Positions 1-8,341 of a DNA stretch of 64,000 nt are shown in pieces. Under the pieces are notes generated by a model that had not been told where the DNA came from, searched no databases, and worked only from the letters and a program-made list of their open reading frames with translations. Both the position numbers and the translations under genes were made by a program. How positions within the stretch are numbered: position 1 is the stretch's first letter; every line of letters begins with the position of its first letter. The DNA comes from Bryobacterales bacterium. GTDB taxonomy: Bacteria > Acidobacteriota > Terriglobia > Bryobacterales > UBA6623. The stretch spans positions 8,683-72,682 of the forward strand of contig JAPPLB010000150.1 of assembly GCA_028819575.1 (NCBI GenBank), read 5' to 3'.

Positions 1-1
1 G

Positions 2-946
2 CCTCTCGACGACGCTTACCGCTTGCGCTACACCCTCACCGACCTGCAACGCGCCGTGCGGGAACTGACGAACCGCATCGGGCGTGAGCGCGGGCGTCCA
101 TTGCACCTGGCGGTGCGCGTGACAACGACGCTGGAATCCTGCCGCCGCATCGGTTACGACCTGCCGGCCTGGGTGAAAGAGGGGCTCTGTGACATCGTGA
201 TCGCGGGCGGCGGAGCACTCACCGATCCCGGCGTCGAAGTGGAGAAGTTCCGTGAGCTTCTGAACGACACGGGCATCCGTTTCTACCCGGGGTTCGACAG
301 CGGCTTCTGGGGGGAGCACGAGGGCCTGATGCCCCGGGAAGAATGGAATACCGCCTGGGTGCGCGCGCTCGCCGAGGGTTACTGGGCTCGCGGCGCCGAC
401 AGCATGTATGTCTTCAACTGGCACGCCAACGAACGCGGGCGGCGGCCTCTGCTGACCACGATCGGCTCGCCCGCGACTTTACGCCGAACGAACAAGGTCC
501 ATGCAGCGCTACACCGGCACATCAGGGAGGACGCAGCCCCATGGACCGGCGCCGATCTGCACGACCGGATCCATGGGGAGACACCGGTCGAGTTGCATCC
601 GACCTTGTCCGGCGACGGACCGCGCTTCCGCGTGCCGGTCCATGAGTCACCGGCCGATGCGCGGACGGTGGAGCTGCACATCGAAATCGACCACTACACG
701 GCGCTCGACAAGATCCGAGTCACCTTCGACGGGAACCAGCTCGGCCCGCCGGCTGTCCGCAGCGCCTCACGCGAACTCAACGACGATCCGGCCGACTTCG
801 GCGAATCGAGCTGGCTCGTATGGCCGCTCGCTCCACAAAGCGCTGTTGTCGGCGAGCACGAGGTGCAGACGATTCTCCTCGAACGCAATCGTCACGTCAG
901 GCCGCCTCTAGTGGTGAAGCATGTCGAGATCCATGTGCGGTATTGA
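2..946 (+). CDS. hypothetical protein, 5'-truncated by window edge (possibly TIM-barrel/glycoside-hydrolase-like)
   Basis: The frame is open from position 2, with no stop upstream of the TTG at 23. GC3-rich coding pattern. I recognised no diagnostic motif. Confidence 0.5.
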   Translation, partial: PLDDAYRLRYTLTDLQRAVRELTNRIGRERGRPLHLAVRVTTTLESCRRIGYDLPAWVKEGLCDIVIAGGGALTDPGVEVEKFRELLNDTGIRFYPGFDSGFWGEHEGLMPREEWNTAWVRALAEGYWARGADSMYVFNWHANERGRRPLLTTIGSPATLRRTNKVHAALHRHIREDAAPWTGADLHDRIHGETPVELHPTLSGDGPRFRVPVHESPADARTVELHIEIDHYTALDKIRVTFDGNQLGPPAVRSASRELNDDPADFGESSWLVWPLAPQSAVVGEHEVQTILLERNRHVRPPLVVKHVEIHVRY

Positions 947-1020
947 GGCCTGACCGCCAAGGGTTCTATTCCCTGTGAGAACCGCACGCCGGCCGGACTT
1001 TGGCGCGAGGAGTCATCAAT

Positions 1021-1047
1021 GAGTAGCGTTTCTTACAAGCGCTACTC
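1021..1047. terminator. 8-bp perfect hairpin (GAGTAGCG...CGCTACTC), possible bidirectional terminator
   Basis: Inverted repeat seen directly. It lies 75 nt after the stop at 946. There is no U-tract. Confidence 0.25.
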
Positions 1048-1226
1048 GACGTAGATTCACGATTGCCGCAACCATCCAATGCGTCTGCGTGTTTGGACAC
1101 AAATGGCGGTTGGTCGATTGTCTAGAGCTTTTTCCCTTGCTGCCATGGTTTGTGCTGTGGCGCTGGTCTTGATCATGGAACAGCTCAAACCGCTGGTGTT
1201 CAGGGAGCGGATTGAAACCACCTGAT

Positions 1227-1253
1227 GCGGGCTGGAAGCCCGCGCACCCAGGG
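1227..1253. repeat. REP-like 27-mer GCGGGCTGGAAGCCCGCGCACCCAGGG (hairpin GCGGGC-N5-GCCCGC)
   Basis: A near-identical 27-mer recurs at 37643-37669. A related GCGGGCAAGATGCCCGC hairpin lies at 40757-40775. Confidence 0.6.
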
Positions 1254-1351
1254 GGCTCCTCTCGCCTTGGTGGGGGGCTGCCCTTCGGATGGGCGAGGGT
1301 GTATAGGTCAAGCCGCCGCGCTTCGGCAATCCGCACGGAGAACTACGGGAG

Positions 1352-2824
1352 CTAGTGATCGCCCGGCCGGTCTCGTTTTTTCTTGATGTCGATATTGAGG
1401 CGCTGGATTTTCTGATTCAGAGTCGACAGGGCGACGCGCAGACGGCGGGCGCACTCGGTCTGGTTCCAGCCGGACTTCTCCAGTTCCTGGGTAATGAGCC
1501 GACGCTCGAATTCTTCAACGATTTCCGGCAGGCTGGCGCCTTCGGCGGGCTTGACGTCGGTCGGGATATGCAGCCTGCGGATACCGTTGGCCTCCAGCAG
1601 CGACTGGGGCAGCATTTCCACCGGGACCTCGGGTCCGGTGGCGAGGACTACGGCCCGCTCGACTACGTTCTCGAGCTCACGGACGTTGCCCGGCCATTTG
1701 TGGTTCAGCAGGATTTGCAGGGCCTCGGACGCGAAACGGAGCTCCGACTGTTTGCGGTTGTTCAGGAAGCACTCATTCTCCAGGCAGTACTTCGTGAAGA
1801 AGTGGTCGATCAGCAGCGGGATGTCTTCCCGCCGCTCGCGCAGCGGCGGAAGATCGATCTGAATGACATTGAGCCGGTAATAGAGGTCTTCGCGGAACTC
1901 TCCCCTGGCCACCAACTCGGTCAGGTCGACGTTGGTGGCGGCCACGATGCGAACATCGACTTGAACCATGTTGGTCGAGCCAAGCGGCATGAACTCCCGC
2001 TCTTGAATGACGCGCAGCAGTTTGGCTTGCGTCTCCAGCCCGAGAGTGCCGACTTCGTCCAGGAAAAGCGTCCCGCCGTTGGCGCGGTCAAAGCAACCCT
2101 TCTGAGTTTGCGTGGCGCCGGTGAAGGCGCCGCGGACGTGTCCGAACAACCGGGATTCCAGCAAGTCGACAGGGATGGCGCCCGTGTTGACGGCGACGAA
2201 TGGACCATCGGCGCGCGGAGAATGAGAGTGGATGGCGTGCGAGATGAGTTCCTTGCCGGTTCCGCTTTCGCCGTGCACCAGGATTGTCGTGCGACTCTTG
2301 GCGACCTGAGTGACCAGCTCGAAGACACGCCGCATTTCCTCGGACTTGCCGATCAGGTTTCCGAAACTGTAGCGCCTGCGCAGAGCCTCTCGAAGGGCCG
2401 TGTTTTCCTGCTCGAGGCGGCTTTGCCTGATCGCCTGCTCGATCTCGAGCAGCAGCTTGGCATTATTCCAGGGCTTGGTGAGGAAATCGTTCGCGCCTCT
2501 CTTGATCGCCTGGACGGCGTTTTCGACGGACCCGTAGGCCGTAAGCATCAGGATGGGAATTTCCGCATTCGTACGGCGGACTTCCTCGACGACTTCCAGA
2601 CCACTGCGGTCGGGGAGCATCAGGTCGAGCAGGACCAGATCAAAAAACTCGTCCTTGAGCGCGGTGACGCCCTCACCGCCGGACTCGGCCATCGCGGTCG
2701 AATAGCCTTCGAGTTGGAGGAGAGTGTCGAGGCTCTCACGGATCGCCTCTTCGTCATCGACAATCAGGATGCGGCCTTTTGTCGTGACTGCTGCCTCAGC
2801 GACCGTTACCCGGCTGGCCTGCAT
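1352..2824 (-). CDS. sigma-54-dependent two-component response regulator (NtrC family)
   Basis: Receiver domain (RILIVDDEE...DLVLLDLMLPD), AAA+ sigma-54 activator core (GESGTGKE, GAFTGA-type loop as GAFTGAT) and a C-terminal Fis-type HTH. Confidence 0.92.
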   Translation of the reverse strand: MQASRVTVAEAAVTTKGRILIVDDEEAIRESLDTLLQLEGYSTAMAESGGEGVTALKDEFFDLVLLDLMLPDRSGLEVVEEVRRTNAEIPILMLTAYGSVENAVQAIKRGANDFLTKPWNNAKLLLEIEQAIRQSRLEQENTALREALRRRYSFGNLIGKSEEMRRVFELVTQVAKSRTTILVHGESGTGKELISHAIHSHSPRADGPFVAVNTGAIPVDLLESRLFGHVRGAFTGATQTQKGCFDRANGGTLFLDEVGTLGLETQAKLLRVIQEREFMPLGSTNMVQVDVRIVAATNVDLTELVARGEFREDLYYRLNVIQIDLPPLRERREDIPLLIDHFFTKYCLENECFLNNRKQSELRFASEALQILLNHKWPGNVRELENVVERAVVLATGPEVPVEMLPQSLLEANGIRRLHIPTDVKPAEGASLPEIVEEFERRLITQELEKSGWNQTECARRLRVALSTLNQKIQRLNIDIKKKRDRPGDH

Positions 2825-2945
2825 TTCTCACCACCGACAGCCGAAGCACGCGAAAAAGGCCGTGTTTCGTGTCTCGTGTCTCGTGATTCGTGAAAAACCA
2901 TAAAGGCCCTGTTGCGGGCGCCTTTTCCCTCCGCCCCGAGCGGAT
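2818..2945. repeat. truncated copy of the mosaic MITE-like element (one TIR, heptad array, partial module A)
   Basis: CCTGCATTTCTCACCAC followed by ...GTGTTTCGTGTCTCGTGTCTCGTGATTCGTG... It fills the HK-RR spacer and contains the RR start codon. Confidence 0.8.
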
Positions 2946-3004
2946 CATACAAGCGCGAAACATCCGGATCGGTGTCAACACCGCTTGCCCCGGAGGATTT
3001 CACA

Positions 3005-5971
3005 TCAGGCATGAATCGGCTTGGCCGCCACCGGAATCTCCACGATGAAAGTGGAGCCTTCACCGGGGCGGCTGTCCACCGTTATGGTACCGGAATGTTC
3101 CTGAATGATTCCGTAGCTGACGGCCAAACCCAGGCCGGTCCCACTCTTGGGACCTTTGGTCGTGAAGAAAGGATCGAAGACATGCCGTGCCTGGTCGGCG
3201 GTCATGCCCGAGCCCGTATCCCGGATTGAAACGCAGGCCATGCCGCCCCGCTCGATCGTGCTGACGATCAGCCGTCCGCCGTCCGGCATGGCATCGCGCG
3301 CATTGAGGATGAGATTGAGGAAGACCTGTTGCAGTTGTCCGGCGTTGCCGAGCACGCCGGATGCTTCAGGCAATAGATTCTTCTCGACCGAGATATGCCC
3401 CTGGCGAAGCTGAGGCGTGACCATCTCGAGGGTTTCGTTGATGGTGCGCGATAGATCGAGCGTCGTCTTCTCGCTGCCCGAGGTCCTTGAGAAGTTGAGC
3501 AGCGAGTTCACGATCTCGCTGGCACGGAAGGTTTGCGAGGTGATTTTGTCAAGAATCTCGGCAGTCCTGGGAGTTTCGGAAACCTGGCGAGCCAAGATTT
3601 GGGCATAACTGGAGATGACGGCCAGCGGCGTATTGACTTCATGCGCCACGCCGGCCGCGAGCAGTCCGATCGAGCTGAGCTTCTCGGCCTGGATCAGTTG
3701 ATTCTCAAGAACCGAGTGTTCGGTGACATCGTCGAAGATGATCAAGCGGCCGATGCGTTCGAACGTCTTTGTGACGAGAGGGGCCACGACGATGTTCAAC
3801 ACGCGCTCCTGGTCGTCGTGGCCGGAATCAGGCCGAAACTCGACGGGGAAGTCGCTTGCGCGGAGACGGAACTTGTACAAGTTCTTGAGGCCGGTGTCCT
3901 CGCGGATCTTGTTCAACTCAGTGACCAGCCTGGCGGGCAGCAACTCGTTCAGCCGCCGCCCCGACGCTTGCTGGCGAGAGATGCCGAACATCAGCTCCAG
4001 GGGGGTGTTCCAACTTCCCACACGGCCGTCAAGATCCGTTGCGGAGATGCCCACGCTCAAAGACTCGACAATGTTCTCGCTGTAGTCCTTGAGGCGCTCA
4101 TATTGCCGCGCCTTGCGGTCGAGGGATTCATGAAGCCGCGCATTCTCGATCGCGATCGCCAGGTAGCCCGACAAGGCTCGAACCAAAGCAATGTCTTCCG
4201 AGTTCAGAAACTGCCCGTCGCGAGTGCGCCCCAGCCCCAGATAAGCAATCGTCCGGCCCTTGACGCGGCAGGGAACATAGTCATTGAGGTCGAGGTCGAC
4301 AAGGGCCGACCGATACGGCGCCAATGCGGAGGGGGGTTGCCCGGCATCTTCGATGTGCAAGTGAGCACCGGCGTCGTTCGACGCCAGCGCGTGGTCCGCA
4401 AGAAACCGCGTGTTCGCGGCCTCGGCCACCCGCTCGAGCCCAACGGCCTTGACGAGCCGGAAGCTGCGGTCTCCAGTGGGCCCCTTCGCGAGGTCGGGCA
4501 CAAAAACGGCGACTTTCTTCAGGCGCAGGGTCTTTACGAGGCGGTCCGTGACCGAATCCAACGTCTTGTCCAGATCGGTCTCGGTGGTGAGCGCTGCGGC
4601 GAAGCCGGAGAGCGTCCGGCGCGAATCGTAGCGATCTCGGTAATGGCGCCGGTCAATTCGGGTCTGGATCCATGACCGCAAAGGCTGGAAGGCCAAGGCG
4701 CCGCCAAACACGGAGACGACCCAGACGGCCGGGCCGAAACCTTCGGCGCTCAAAATCGTCCCGCTCCATGCGAAGAGCAAACCATAGGCGGCGGCCAGCA
4801 ACCCCGACGCGGCCAGTGAAGCAGCCGTCACACGGCGCGCAAAAAGCTCGACGTCCATCAATCGATATCGAACGATGGCGTAAGCGAACGTCAGCGGAAT
4901 CAATCCCAGAGAGAAGACAGACAGCGTCTGGCTGGGGCTCGGAACTTGCCCGGCGACATACGGCGCAAGGTAGAAAACCGCGAAGGGCAGGGTACCCCAA
5001 AGAGAACCCATGGCCAGCCATCTTCGTTGTTGCCGCAGAATCGGTTCTTCGGTGCGGCCGGTCTGCCTTCGCAAGATCAGCGCTCCGACGATGAAGTAAA
5101 CGCCATAAAGGCCGAAGGCGATGCGATCCAACAGGAAACGCACTTCGACCAGCGGCAATGTGAACTCCAAGGCGCCGAGCGCGACAAGGTGCTGCACGAC
5201 ACCCAACCCCAATACCGGCAGGTAGAGCGCGCCTGAGGCCCAGCGGCGCCGGCGCGACGTTTTCCCGGCGTCCGGGAAGGTCAGACAGAAATGAAGGAAC
5301 AACGAGGGCGCCAGCAGCGTAGCCCAGACATCGGTCCAGTAAACAAGACGGTCCAGGCCGTCGAGGCGAGTCGTGTAGCTGAAGCAATGGAGAACAAACG
5401 AGACCAGGGTAAAGAGGAAAAAATGATGGACCATCGGCCCGGCTACGCGGGACAAAAGGACTGTCAGCCCAATAGCTAGGTAGGCCAGACCGACGATCCA
5501 TTGAAAGGAGGAGGCAACCCCACCCTCAGGCGCGGCTCCGACGATGACGCGGGTCTCGAATCGAGTGCCCGCCCGCTCGATGACATACGTCGCCTGCCTC
5601 CAGACCCCAATCCGGGCAAGCGTACGCGCCACATCCAGCGCTTCATCGATGGTGGAAGAGTCGATCCGTACGAGCCGGTCGCCTGCATGAATGCCTGCCT
5701 GCGCGCCCGGACCCTCGAGCTCGACGCGCAGTGACTCGACCCCTGCGGGCCGGTCGATCCAGGTGACGCCGTCGTGCGGCAACTGGAAATCACTACGGTC
5801 GGCGAGGTTCAGCAGGGCGATCAAGACGCAGGCCGCCGTGGCCAGCAGAAGCAGGCCGGTGACCGCTCGGGATGTCGTGCTCTTACTCACCTTCGTCTTC
5901 GAATCCATGGCCGGAGCCGCGCGGAGACATAACTCAACCCCAAAACGCAGACCATGGAGGTCATTTCCCAT
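3005..5971 (-). CDS. membrane sensor histidine kinase with periplasmic PDZ, polytopic membrane region, GAF/PAS, HisKA and HATPase_c domains
   Basis: PDZ-like segment GPGAQAGIHAGDRLVRID, multiple hydrophobic helices, H-box AAGVAHEVNTPLAVI, and N/G boxes (NLILNARDAM, DTGSGM, GTGLGLAVS). An alternative start is the ATG at 5908. Confidence 0.9.
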   Translation of the reverse strand: MGNDLHGLRFGVELCLRAAPAMDSKTKVSKSTTSRAVTGLLLLATAACVLIALLNLADRSDFQLPHDGVTWIDRPAGVESLRVELEGPGAQAGIHAGDRLVRIDSSTIDEALDVARTLARIGVWRQATYVIERAGTRFETRVIVGAAPEGGVASSFQWIVGLAYLAIGLTVLLSRVAGPMVHHFFLFTLVSFVLHCFSYTTRLDGLDRLVYWTDVWATLLAPSLFLHFCLTFPDAGKTSRRRRWASGALYLPVLGLGVVQHLVALGALEFTLPLVEVRFLLDRIAFGLYGVYFIVGALILRRQTGRTEEPILRQQRRWLAMGSLWGTLPFAVFYLAPYVAGQVPSPSQTLSVFSLGLIPLTFAYAIVRYRLMDVELFARRVTAASLAASGLLAAAYGLLFAWSGTILSAEGFGPAVWVVSVFGGALAFQPLRSWIQTRIDRRHYRDRYDSRRTLSGFAAALTTETDLDKTLDSVTDRLVKTLRLKKVAVFVPDLAKGPTGDRSFRLVKAVGLERVAEAANTRFLADHALASNDAGAHLHIEDAGQPPSALAPYRSALVDLDLNDYVPCRVKGRTIAYLGLGRTRDGQFLNSEDIALVRALSGYLAIAIENARLHESLDRKARQYERLKDYSENIVESLSVGISATDLDGRVGSWNTPLELMFGISRQQASGRRLNELLPARLVTELNKIREDTGLKNLYKFRLRASDFPVEFRPDSGHDDQERVLNIVVAPLVTKTFERIGRLIIFDDVTEHSVLENQLIQAEKLSSIGLLAAGVAHEVNTPLAVISSYAQILARQVSETPRTAEILDKITSQTFRASEIVNSLLNFSRTSGSEKTTLDLSRTINETLEMVTPQLRQGHISVEKNLLPEASGVLGNAGQLQQVFLNLILNARDAMPDGGRLIVSTIERGGMACVSIRDTGSGMTADQARHVFDPFFTTKGPKSGTGLGLAVSYGIIQEHSGTITVDSRPGEGSTFIVEIPVAAKPIHA

Positions 5972-6317
5972 GGAGCACGTTCGCTGCCAAACGCGGTCTA
6001 TGGCGGAGGGCGTCTAAATGCTTGAAAAACGATAGTGTATCGGTATTTCTCGAAGCTGCCGAAAGAGTTCCCGGTGCAGGAATCCCGTTTCTGGAAGCCG
6101 AGCCTGTGAATCCTGGGATAATTCGGCATGGCATGCCCCTTCCGTTCGGGCTGTGCACGGGGCATTCTCATCATCGACAGCGGAGGACGTTGATCGAGTC
6201 TTGTTCGGGCAGGCACGGAATCAACCCTGACCCGCATTCTTCCGCAAAGCCCGGTTCAATCGTGCGGCCGCGCTCTCGACCGGTCTCCCTGAAGCGTGCG
6301 CAAAGCGCTGAAACCGG

Positions 6318-6463
6318 CCTGCATAAAAAAGGCTGTGATTCGTGTTTCGTGCCTCGTGATTCATGAAAACCTAAAAACAGTGGCTAGTGGCTAGTGAAAG
6401 CCTTGAAAGCCCTGATTCGTGATGCGCACGGACTTCGCCTCGTTGCCTGGCGAGAAATGCAAG
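6318..6463. repeat. degenerate copy of the mosaic MITE-like element (heptads plus CAGTGGCTAGTGGCTAGTGA module)
   Basis: Ends are CCTGCAT... and ...CGAGAAATGCAAGC. The internal sequence is the reverse complement of modules seen at 49440-49500. Confidence 0.7.
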
Positions 6464-6645
6464 CTGTTGAAACTAATTGGACGACTCAGCCGTACCGTCC
6501 CTTGCAGGGCAGGTGAGGCAGAGTGTGTTTTTGTTCACCAAGATTTACTTGACGCGCCCTGGCAAGGTAGCTAGAATCGAGGCTAGAATATTGCGGTAGA
6601 AATCCGTCCGGTCGAAGCGCCGGCCCGAACACGGTCCGTTTAGAG

Positions 6646-8307
6646 GTGGCTATGCGGCGAATGCTCATTGTTGGTTGGCTTGTTGTTTTCATCGCTCTCG
6701 GTTTCACTCCCTCGTTGGTTGAAGGAGCCGAGGGGGAGGAGCCGCGGCAACTCTCGAAGAAGGAAGAGAAGAAACGACTGAAGCAGCTTCAAGACGAGTT
6801 GCGCGGACCCTTCAGGAAGTGGATGCGTGAAGATGTCCGCTACATCCTGACGTCGGAAGAAAGAAAGGCTTTTGTTCGTCTGACGACGGACGAGGAGCGT
6901 GAGAACTTCATCGAGCAGTTCTGGCTGCGGCGAGACCCCACTCCCGACACGCAAGAGAACGAATACCGGGAAGAGCACTACCGGCGGATCGCCTACTCCA
7001 ACGAGCGGTACGCATCAGGCATTCCCGGCTGGAGGACCGACCGCGGCCGCATCTACATCACCTTCGGTCCTCCCGACGAGATCGAATCGCACCCCTCCGG
7101 AGGGATGTACCAGAGACCGTATGAGGAAGGCGGCGGAATGACCTCGACCTACCCCTTCGAGATCTGGCGCTATCGCTGGATCGAGGGTGTCGGCCAGGAC
7201 GTATTGATTGAATTCGTAGATCCCACGATGACAGGCGAGTACCGCATGACGTTGGATCCCTCTGAAAAGGACGCCCTGCTCTACGTGCCGGGCGCTGGCC
7301 TCACGCTCGCCGAGCAGATGGGGCTCTCGGAAAAACGCGACCGCTTCATGCGCAGCGACGGCACCCGCATGGGCACTCCGATCGGCGGTGCGGTGTCGAT
7401 GCGTTACAACCAGTTCGAACGACTGCAACGATGGGCCGCTCTGCAGAAACCTCCTGAGATCAAGTTCAAGGATCTCGAGGCCGTCGTTGACTCCAGCATT
7501 GAATACAACACCTTGCCGGTTCGGATCGAGGTGCAATATACGCGGATCACGAACGAGAATATTCTGGCCGGAGTATCGGTTCAGTTGGATAACAAGGACC
7601 TGGTCTTCCGCGAAGAAGACGGACGGCACAAGGCGATCGTCAACATCTACGGCCGCGTGACGACGATGACCCGTCGCGTGGCGGCGATCTTCGAAGACGT
7701 GGTCACCGTGGATACCACCACGGAACGGCTTCCGTACGAGTCTGAACGATCAGCGCTCTACCAGAAACCATTGATTCTGGTGCCGGGGATGTATCGCCTG
7801 GAAGTCGTCTCGAAAGACGTGGTCGGCGAGACCATGAGTACCTATCGCACGGCGCTCGAGGTCCCGCAGTACGACGACGAGCGACTGGCGTCGAGCACGT
7901 TGATTCTGGCGGACCGCATCGAGCGTGTCCCGATGCGGTCACTCGGTCTGGGCCAGTTCGTGATCGGCAGCTCGAAAGTGCGCCCGCGCATCAACGAGGA
8001 GTTCAAGCAGGATGAGCGCCTGGGCATCTACCTGCAGGTTTACAACCTGGGCGAGGACGACTCGAGTTCGGAACCCAAAGGCAGCGTGACCTACCAAGTC
8101 GCACGCCTCGATCAGCCGGATGAATTGCTGTTGGACTTCACCGAGCCGATCAGTCAGATTCGCGGCGCCACTTCGAAGCAGATGATCGTGGAGAAGTTGT
8201 TGCCGCTCAAGACGTTGGATCCGGGAGAATACCGGCTTAGCCTGAGAGTGAACGATTCCATCAGGAACGAAACCCTAACACCATCGACAACGTTCAGGGT
8301 CAGGTAG
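6646..8307 (+). CDS. GWxTD domain-containing secreted protein
   Basis: N-terminal signal-like helix and the literal motif GWRTDRGRIYITFGPPDEIESHP. Confidence 0.85.
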   Translation: MAMRRMLIVGWLVVFIALGFTPSLVEGAEGEEPRQLSKKEEKKRLKQLQDELRGPFRKWMREDVRYILTSEERKAFVRLTTDEERENFIEQFWLRRDPTPDTQENEYREEHYRRIAYSNERYASGIPGWRTDRGRIYITFGPPDEIESHPSGGMYQRPYEEGGGMTSTYPFEIWRYRWIEGVGQDVLIEFVDPTMTGEYRMTLDPSEKDALLYVPGAGLTLAEQMGLSEKRDRFMRSDGTRMGTPIGGAVSMRYNQFERLQRWAALQKPPEIKFKDLEAVVDSSIEYNTLPVRIEVQYTRITNENILAGVSVQLDNKDLVFREEDGRHKAIVNIYGRVTTMTRRVAAIFEDVVTVDTTTERLPYESERSALYQKPLILVPGMYRLEVVSKDVVGETMSTYRTALEVPQYDDERLASSTLILADRIERVPMRSLGLGQFVIGSSKVRPRINEEFKQDERLGIYLQVYNLGEDDSSSEPKGSVTYQVARLDQPDELLLDFTEPISQIRGATSKQMIVEKLLPLKTLDPGEYRLSLRVNDSIRNETLTPSTTFRVR

Positions 8308-8341
8308 GCGGCCGCCGGAACGAACAGCAAAGCCCAACCCC

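Noticed and set aside
1184-1218. Sequence resembling a CRISPR repeat (minus strand GTTTCAATCCGCTCCCTGAACACCAGCGGTTTGAGC).
   Set aside because: It is a single copy. There is no second repeat or spacer periodicity nearby, no cas genes in the window, and it overlaps the mini-ORF.
1355-2893. 512-aa + strand ORF antisense to the NtrC-type regulator. Similar long shadow ORFs occur at 3533-4675, 8300-9373, 24475-26184, 36274-37251, 41375-42601, 43591-44703, 58521-60116 and 61073-62275.
   Set aside because: Each lies fully inside a gene with clear family motifs on the other strand. The translations are low-complexity and rich in Arg, Gly, Asp and Ala, and contain no recognisable domain. This is the typical stop-codon-poor antisense frame of high-GC DNA.
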